This document shows, one piece after another, positions 55,101 to 64,000 of a stretch of DNA of 64,000 nt. The stretch lies in assembly GCA_964016885.1 (NCBI GenBank), contig OZ024742.1:11656001-11720000 (forward strand), written 5' to 3'. The notes beneath the pieces are model-generated. The model saw only the letters and a program-made list of their open reading frames with translations, was not told the DNA's origin and did not search any database. This stretch comes from Eledone cirrhosa (lineage: Eukaryota). How positions within the stretch are numbered: position 1 is the first letter of the stretch; each line of letters begins with the position of its first letter. The translations under genes were made by a program, and so were the position numbers.

Positions 55101-58100
55101 TTAATTCCAGAAAGTTAATTCCAGAACGTTAATTCCAGCAAATTAATTCCAGAACGTTAATTCCAGAACGTTAATACCAGAAAGTCAATTCCAGAACGTT
55201 AATTCCAGAAAATTAATTCCAGAACGTTAATTCCAGAACATTAATTCTAGAAAGTTATTTCCAGAACATTAATTCCAGTACGTTAATTCCAGAACGTTTA
55301 TTCCAGAACGTTAATTCCAGAACGTTAATTCCAGAGCGTTAATTCCAGAAAGTTAATTCCAGAACGTTAATTCCAGAACCTTAATTCCACAACGTTAATT
55401 CCAGAAAGTTATTTTGAGATAATTAATTTCAAAACGTTAATTCCAGAACATTTATTGCAGAACGTTAATTCCAGAACGTTAATTCCAGAATGTTTATGCC
55501 AGAGCGTTAATTCCAGAACGTCAATTCCAGAACGTTAATACCAGAACGTTAATTCCAGAACGTTAATTCCAGAGCGTTAATTCCAGAACATTCATGTCAG
55601 AACGTTAATTCCAGAACGTTTATGCCAGAACGTTAATTCCGGAATGTTAATTACAGAACGTCAATTCCAGAACGTTAATTCCAGAACGTTAATTCCAGAA
55701 AGTTAATTACAGAAAATTAATTCCAGAACGTTCATTCCAGAAAGTCAATTCCAGAATGTTAATTCCAGAACGTTAATTCAATAAAGTTAATTCCAGTACG
55801 TTAATTACAGAACGTTAATTTCAGAACGTTATTTCAAGAATGTTATTTACAGAAATTTAATTCCAGAACATTAATTCCAGAACGGTAATTCCAGAACGTT
55901 AATTCCAGAATATTAATTCCAGAACGTTAATTCCAGAACGTTAATTCGAGAAAGATAATTCTAGAACGTTAAGTCCACAACGTTAATTCCAGAACGTTAA
56001 TTCCAGAACGTTTATTCCAGAACGTTAATTCCTGAACGTTAATTCCAGAACGGTAATTCCAGAACGTTAATTCCATAACGTTAATTCCAGAACGTTAATT
56101 GCAGAACGTTAATTCCAGAACGTTAATTCCAGTACGTTAATTCCAGAACGTTAATTCCAGAAAGTTAATTCCAGAACGTTAATTACAGAACGTTAATTCC
56201 AGAAAGTTATTTCGAGAACATTAATTTCAGAACGTTAATTCCAGAACGTTAATTACAGAACGTTAATTCCGGAGCGTTAATTCCAGAACGTTATTACCAC
56301 AACGTTAATTCAAGAACGTTTATGCCAGAACGTTAATTCCAGAAAGTTATTTCCAGAACATTAATTCCAGTACGTTAATTCCAGAACGTTTATTCCAGAA
56401 AGTTAATTCCAGAACATTAATTCCAGAACGTTAATGCCAAAACATTTATTCAAGAACGTTAATTCCAGAACGTTAATTCTGAAACGTTAATACCAGAAAG
56501 TTAATTCCAGAACGTTAATTCCAGAAATTTAATTCCAGAAACTTAATTCCAGAAAGTTAATTCCATAACGTTAATTCCAGAAAGTTAATTCCAGAAAGTT
56601 AATTCCAGAACGGTTATGCCAAAACGTTAATTCCAGAACGGAAATTCTAGAACATTAATTCCAGAACGTTAATTCCAGAACGTTAATACCAGAACGTTAA
56701 TTCCAAAACGTTATTTCCAGAAAGTTAATTCCAGAACGTTAATTCCAGAAGGTTAATTCCAGAACGTTAATTCCAGAAAGTTATTTTCAAATCATTAATT
56801 TCAGAACGTTAATTCCAGAACGTTAATTCTAGAATGTTAATTCCAGATCATTAATTCCAGAACGTTAATTCCTAAACGTTAATTCCTGAACGTTTATGCC
56901 AGAACCTTAATTCCAGAAAGTTATTTCCAGATCATTAATTTCAGAACGTTAATTCCAGAAAGTTAATTCCAGAACGTTAATTCCAGAAGATTTATTCCAG
57001 AACGTTAATTCCAGAACGTTAATTCCAGAGCGTTTATGCCAGAACGTTAATTCCAAAACGTTAATTCCAGAACGTTTATGCTAGAACGTTAATTCCAGAA
57101 CGTCAATTCCAGAACGTTAATTCCAGAACGTTAAATCCGGAACGTTTATGCTAGAACGTTAATTCCAGAACGTCAATTCCAGAACGTTAATACCAGAACG
57201 TTAATTCCAGAACGTTAATCCCAGTACTTTAATTCCAGAACGTTAATTCCAGAACGTTAGTTCCAGAGCGTTAATTCCAGAACGTTTATGTCAGAACGTT
57301 AATTCCAGAACGTTAATTCCAGAACGTTAGTTCCAGAACGTTTATGCCAGAACGTTAATTCCAGTACGGTAATTCCAGAACGTTAATTCCAGAACGTTAA
57401 TTCCAGAGCGTTAATTCCAGAACGTTTATGTCAGAACGTTAATTCCAGAACGTTAATTCCAGAATGTTAATTTCAGAACGTTAATTCCAGAACGTTAATT
57501 CCAGTACGGTAATTCCAGAACGTTAATTCCAAAATTTATTACCAGAATGTTAATTCCAGAAAGTTAATTCCAGAACGTTAATTCCAGAACGTTAATACCA
57601 AAAAGTCAATTCCAGAACGTTAATTCCAGAAAATTGATTCCAGAACGTTAATTCCAGTACGTTAATTCCAGAACGTTTATTCCAGAACGTTAATTCCAGA
57701 ACGTTAATTCCAGAACATTTATTCCAGAACGTTAATTCCGGAATGTTTATGCCAGACCATTAATTCCAGAAGGTCAATTCCAGAACGTTAATACCAGAAC
57801 GTTAATTCCAGAACGTTAATCCCAGTACGTTAGTTCCAGAAAGTTAATTCCAGAACCTTAATTCCAGAACGTTCATGTCAGAATGTTAGTTCCAGAATGT
57901 TAATTCCAGAAGGTTTATGCCAGAACGTTAATTCCAGAACGTTAATTCCAGAACGTTAATTCCAGAACGTTAATTCCAGAAAGATAATTCCAGAACGTTA
58001 ATTCCAGAAAGTCAATTCCAGAATGTTAATTCCAGAACGTTAATTCCATAAAGTTAATTCCAGAACGTTAATTACAGAACGTTAATTTCAGAACGTAAAT

Positions 58101-61100
58101 TCAAGAATGTTAATTACAGAAATTTAATTCCCGAACATTAATTCCAGAACGTTAATTCCAGAACGTTTATTCCAGAATGTTAATTCCAGAACGTTAATTT
58201 CAGAGCGTTAGTTCCAGAACGATAATTCCAGAACATTAATTCCATCCCGTTAATTCCAGAACGTTAATTCCAGAACGTTAATTCTAGAACATTAATTCCA
58301 GAACGTTAATTCCAGAACGTTAATTTCAGAAACGTTAATTCCAGAAAGTTAATTCCAGAACGTTATTTCCAGAACCTTAATTCCAGAACGGTAATTGCAG
58401 AACGTTAATTCCATAACGTTAATTCCAGAACATAAATTCCAGAACGTTAATTCCAGAACGTTAAATCCGGAACGTTAATTCCAGAACGTTAATTCCAGAA
58501 CGTTTATTCCAGAGCGTTAATTCCAGAACTTTTTTGCCAGAACGTTAATTACAGAACGTTAATTCCAAAACGTTAATTTCAGAACGTTAATTCCAGAACT
58601 TTAATTCCAGAGCGTTAATTACGGAGCGTTAATTCCAGAAAGTTAATTCCAGAACGTTAATTCCACCACGTTAATTCCAGAAAGTTAATTCCAGAACGTT
58701 AATTCCAGAAAGTTAATTCCAGAAAATTAATTCCAGAACGTTAATTCCAGAAAGTTAATTCCAGAACGTTAATTCCAGAACATTAATTCCAGAACGTTAA
58801 TTCCAGAAAGTAAATTCCAGAATGTTAATTCCATAACGTTAATTCCGTAAAGTTAATTCCAGAACGTTAATTACAGAACGTTAATTTCAGAACGTTAATT
58901 CAAGAATGTTAATTACAGAAATTTAATTCCAGAACATTAATTCCAGAACGTTAATTACAGAACGTTAATTCCAGAACGTTAATTCGAGAAAGATAATTCT
59001 ACAACGTTAATTCCAGAACGTTAATTCAAGAAAGATACTTCTAGAACGTTAAATCCAGAACGTTAATTCCAGAACCTTTATTCCAGAACGTTAATTCCTG
59101 AACATTAATTCCAGAACGGTAATTCCAGAACGTTAATTCCATAACGTTAATTCCAGAGCGTTAATTCCAGAACGTTTATGCCAGAACGTTAATTCCAGAA
59201 CGTTAATTCCGGAACGTTAATTCAGGAACGTTAATTCGAGAACGTTAATTCCAGAACGTTAATTCCAGTACGTTAATTCCAGAACGTTAATTCCAGAAAG
59301 TTAATTCCAGAACGGTAATTACAGAACGTTAATTCCAGAAAGTTATTTCGAGAAAATTAATTTCAGAACGTTAATTCCAGAACGTTAATTCCAGAACTTT
59401 AATTCCATAACCTTAATTGCAGAACATTAATTCCGGAGCGTTAATTCCAGAACGTTAATTCCACAACGTTAATTCAAGAACGTTTATGTCAGAACGTTAA
59501 TTCCAGAAAGTTATTTCCAGAACATTAATTCCAGTACGTTAATTGCAGAACGTTTATTCCAGAACGTTAATACCAGAACGTTAATTCCAGAACGTTAATT
59601 CCAGAAAGTTAATTCCAGAACATTAATTCCAGAACGTTAATGCCAAAACGTTTATTCCAGAAAGTTATTTTCAGATCATTAATTTCAGAGTTATTTCCAG
59701 AACATTAATTCCAGTACGTTAATTCCAGAATGTTTATTCCAGAACGTTAATTCCAGAACGTTAATTCCAGAAAGTTATTTGCAGATCATTAATTTCAGAA
59801 AGTTATTTCCAGAACATTAATTCCAGTACGTTAATTCCAGAATGTTAATTCCAGAACGTTAATTCAGGAAAGTTATTTCCAGAACATTAATTTCAGAACA
59901 TTAATTCCAGAACGTTAATTCCAGAACATTAATTCCAGAACGTTAATTCCAGAATGTTAATTACAGAAATTTAATTCCAGAACATTAATTCCAGAACGTT
60001 CATTCCAGAACGTTTATTCCAGAATGTTAATTCCAGAACGTTAATTTCAGAGCGTTAATTCCAGAACGTTAATTCCAGAACATTAATTCCATCCCGTTAA
60101 TTACAGAACGTTAATTCCAGAACGTTAATTCTAGAACATTAATTCCAGAACGTTAATTCCAGAACGTTAATTTCAGAAACGTTAATTCCAGAAAGTTAAT
60201 TCCAGAACGTTATTTCCAGAACCTTAATTCCAGAACGGTAATTGCAGAACGTTAATTCCATAACGTTAATTCCAGAACATAAATTCCAGAACGTTAATTC
60301 CAGAACGTTAAATCCGGAACGTTAATTCCAGAACGTTAATTCCAGAACGTTTATTCCAGAGCATTAATTCCAGAACTTTTTTGCCAGAACGTTAATTACA
60401 GAACGTTAATTCCAAAACGTTAATTTCAGAACGTTAATTCCAGAACGTTAATTCCACCACGTTAATTCCAGAAAGTTAATTCGAGAACGTTAATTCCAGA
60501 AAGTTGATTCCAGAAAATTAATTCCAGAACGTTAATTCCAGAAAGTTAATTCCAGAACTTTAATTCCAGAGCGTTAATTACGGAGCTTTAATTCCAGAAA
60601 GTTAATTCCAGAACGTTAATTCCACCACGTTAATTCCAGAAAGTTAATTCCAGAACGTTAATTCCAGAAAGTTAATTCCAGAAAATTAATTCCAGAACGT
60701 TAATTCCAGAAAGTTAATTCCAGAACGTTAATTCCAGAACTTTAATTCCAGAACGTTAATTCCAGAAAGTCAATTCCAGAATGTTAATTCCAGAACGTTA
60801 ATTCCATAAAGTTAATTCCAGAACGTTAATTACAGAACGTTAATTTCAGAACGTTAATTCAAGAATGTTAATTAAAGAAATTTAATTCCAGAACATTAAT
60901 TCCAGAACGTTAATTCCAGAACGTTAATTACAGAACGTTAATTCCAGAACGTTAATTCGAGAAAGATAATTCTACAACGTTAATTCCAGAACGTTAATTC
61001 AAGAAAGATAATTCTAGAACGTTAAATCCAGAACGTTAATTCCAGAACGTTTATTCCAGAACGTTAATTCCTGAACATTAATTCCAGAACGGTAATTCCA

Positions 61101-64000
61101 GAACGTTAATTCCATAATGTTAATTCCAGAGCGTTAATTCCAGAACGTTTATGCCAGAACGTTAATTCCAGAACGTTAATTCCGGAACGTTAATTCAGGA
61201 ACGTTAATTCGAGAACGTTAATTCCAAAACGTTAATTCCAGTACGTTAATTCCAGAACGTTAATTCCAGAAAGTTAATTCCAGAACGGTAATTACAGAAC
61301 GTTAATTCCAGAAAGTTATTTCGAGAAAATTAATTTCAGAACGTTAATTCCAGAACGTTAATTCCAGAACATTAATTGCAGAACATTAATTCCGGAGCGT
61401 TAATTCCAGAACGTTAATTCCACAACGTTAATTCAAGAACGTTTATGTCAGAACGTTAATTCCAGAAAGTTATTTCCAGAACATTAATTCCAGTACGTTA
61501 ATTGCAGAACGTTTATTCCAGAACGTTAATACCAGAACGTTAATTCCAGAACGTTAATTCCAGAAAGTTAATTCCAGAACATTAATTCCAGAACGTTAAT
61601 GCCAAAACGTTTATTCCAGAAAGTTATTTTCAGATCATTAATTTCAGAAAGTTATTTCCAGAACATTAATTCCAGTACGTTAATTCCAGAACGTTAATTC
61701 CAGAACGTTAATTCCGGAAAGTTATTTCCAGATCATTAATTTCAGAACGTTAATTCCAGAATGTTTATTCCAGAACGTTAATTCCAGAACGTTAATTCCA
61801 GAAAGTTATTTCCAGAACCTTAATTGCAGAACATTAATTCCAGAACGTTAATTCCAGAACATTAATTCCAGAACGTTAATTCCAGAACGTTAAATTCCAT
61901 AACGTTAATTCTAGAACATTAATTCCAGAACGTTAATTCCAGAACGTTAATTCCAGAACGTTAATTCCAGAACGTTAATTCCAGAACGTTAATTCCAGAA
62001 CGTTAATTCCAGAACATTAATTCCAGTACGTTAATTCCAGAACGTTAATTCCAGAACGTTAATTCCGGAAAGTTATTTCCAGATCATTAATTTCAGAACG
62101 TTAATTCCAGAACGTTTATTCCAGAACGTTAATTCCATAACGTTAATTCTAGAACATTAATTCCAGAACGTTAATTCCAGAACGTTAATTCCAGAACGTC
62201 AATACCAGAACGTTAATTACAGAACGTTAATACCAGAACGTTAATTCCAGAACGTTAATTCCAGAATGTTTATGCCAGAACGTTAATTCCAAAACGTTAA
62301 TTCCAAAACTTTAATTCCATAAAGATATTTTCAGATCATTAAATTCAGAATGTTAATTCCAGAACGTTAATTCCAGAACGTTAATTCCAGAGCGTTAATT
62401 CCAGAACGTTTTTGCCAGAACGTTAATTCCAGAACGTTAATTCCAGAAAGTTAATTCCAGAACGTTTATTTCAGAACGTTAATTCCAGAACGTTAATTCC
62501 AGAACATTAATTCCAGAACGTTAATTCCAGAACGTTAATTCAAGAACGTTAATTCCAGAACGTTGATTCCAAAACGTTAATTCCAGAAAGTTAATTTTAG
62601 AACGTTAATTCCAGAACGTTTATTCCAGAACGTTAATTGCAGAACGTTAATTCCAGAACGTTAATTCCAGAAAGTTAATTCCAGAACTTTAATTCCAGAA
62701 CATTTATTCCAGAACGTTAATTCCAGATCGTCAATTCCAGAACGTTAATACCAGAACGTTAATTCCAGATCGTTAATCCCAGTACGTTAATTCCAGAACA
62801 TTAATTCCAGAACGTTAATTCCAGAGCGTTAATTCCAGAGCGTTAATTCCAGAACATTTATGTCAAAACGTTAATTCCAGAACGTTAATTCCAGAACGTT
62901 TATGCCTAGATCGTAAATTGCAGAAGGTTAATTACAGCACGTTAAATCCAGAACGTTAATTCCAGAACGCTAATTCCAGAAAATTAATTCCAGAACGGTA
63001 ATTCCAGAACGTCAATTCCAAAATTTATTCCCAGAATGTTAATTCCAGAAAGTTAATTCCAGAACGTTAATTCCAGAAAATTAATTCTAGAACGTTAATT
63101 CCAGAACGTTAATACCAGAAAGTTAATTCCAGAGAGTTAATTCTAGAACGTTAAGTCCAGAACGTTAATTCCAGAACGTTATTTCCAGAACGTTAATTCC
63201 AGAACATTAATTCCAGAACATTAATTCCAGAACGTTAATTCCAGAACGTTAATTCCAGAACGGTAATTGCTGAACGTTAATTCCAGAACGTTAATTCCAG
63301 AAAGTTAATTCTAGAACGTTAAGTCCAGAACGTTAATTCCAGAACGTTTACTCGAGAACGTTAATTCCAGAACGTTAATTCCGGAACGTTAATTCCAGAA
63401 CGTTAATTCTAGAACGTTAATTCCAGAACCTAAATTCCAGAAAGGTAATTCCAGAACGTTAATTCCAGAACGTTAATTCCAGAAGATTCATTCAAAAACG
63501 TTAATTCCAGAACGTTAATTCCAGAAAGTTAATTCCAGAATGTTAATTCCAGAAGGTTAATTCCAGAAGGTTAATTCCAGAAAGTTAATTCAGAACGTTA
63601 ATTCCAGAAAGTTAATTCCAGAACGTTAATTCGAGAACGTTAATTCCAGAACGTTAATTACAGAAACTTAATTCCAGAACGTTAATTCCATAACGTTAAT
63701 TCCAAAAAGTTATTTCCAGAACGTTAATTCCAGAACGTTAATTCCATAAATTAATTCCAGAAAGTTAATTCCAGAACGTTAATTACAGAACGGTAATTTC
63801 AGAACGTTAATTCCAGAACGTTACTTCAAGAATATTAATTCCAGAAAGTTAATTAAGAACGTTATTTCCAGAACATTAATTCCAGAAGGTTAATTCCAGA
63901 ACGTTAATTCCAGAAAGTTATTTCCAGAACGTTAATTACAGAACGGTAATTTCAGAACGTTAATTCCAGAACGTTAATTCAAGAATATTAATTCCAGAAA
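4113..64000. promoter_or_regulatory. Tandem heat-shock-element-like motifs (TTCcaGAAcgTTA in each consensus monomer)
   Basis: Matches the HSE consensus nTTCnnGAAnnTTCn at 8 of 9 core bases. Perfect instances occur at 8792-8804, 14444-14456, 16851-16863 and 17005-17017, among others. Motif match only; binding is not shown. Confidence 0.35.
45311..60516 (+). repeat. 7,603-bp tandem duplication within the satellite (45311-52913 and 52914-60516)
   Basis: Markers recur at exactly +7603: aatctttctt 45616/53219, gaggattt 46680/54283, ccatccc 50639/58242 and 52486/60089, gatacttcta 51431/59034, cagagttatt 52083/59686. Confidence 0.93.

Larger units (their letters stand above)
4104..64000 (+). repeat. 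Satellite DNA array of the 14-bp monomer GAACGTTAATTCCA, about 4,270 copies in this window, continuing past the window end
   Basis: Head-to-tail monomers in one orientation throughout, mostly with 0-2 substitutions and rare 12-, 13- or 15-bp monomers. No inserted unique sequence was seen. Confidence 0.99.

Noticed and set aside
4104-64000. Satellite as a repetitive protein-coding gene
   Set aside because: TTAA in the monomer gives TAA on both strands, and the 14-bp period cycles it through all frames about every 42 bp. The ORF track shows nothing within the array.
4104-64000. CRISPR array or telomeric repeat
   Set aside because: There are no unique spacers or cas genes and the context is eukaryotic. 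The monomer lacks the G-rich strand of TTAGGG-type repeats, and kb-scale duplicated variant patterns indicate recombination rather than telomerase synthesis.

Overview
This is non-coding, AT-rich eukaryotic (animal) DNA. The microsatellite load and interspersed repeats resemble cephalopod (Octopus-like) genomes; that assignment is recalled, not verified. No credible protein-coding gene, rRNA or CRISPR array is present, and the listed ORFs are translations of repeats. Bases 1-4103 are a patchwork of microsatellites, two minisatellites, a tRNA-derived SINE with a perfect 16-bp target-site duplication, an inverted pair of another dispersed repeat, a small MITE-like element and a 152-bp near-perfect palindrome. 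From 4104 to the window end (about 59.9 kb, roughly 4,270 monomers) lies one uninterrupted, single-orientation satellite of the 14-mer GAACGTTAATTCCA. Diagnostic variant monomers show nested higher-order duplications at offsets of 1024, 1189, 1821, 2491, 3710, 3780, 5601, 7603 and 16327 bp. The most interesting observation is that each consensus monomer reads TTCcaGAAcgTTA, one base from a canonical three-pentamer heat-shock element, and some variant monomers are perfect HSEs. The array could therefore be a very large HSF-binding platform, but this is a hypothesis from motif match only.
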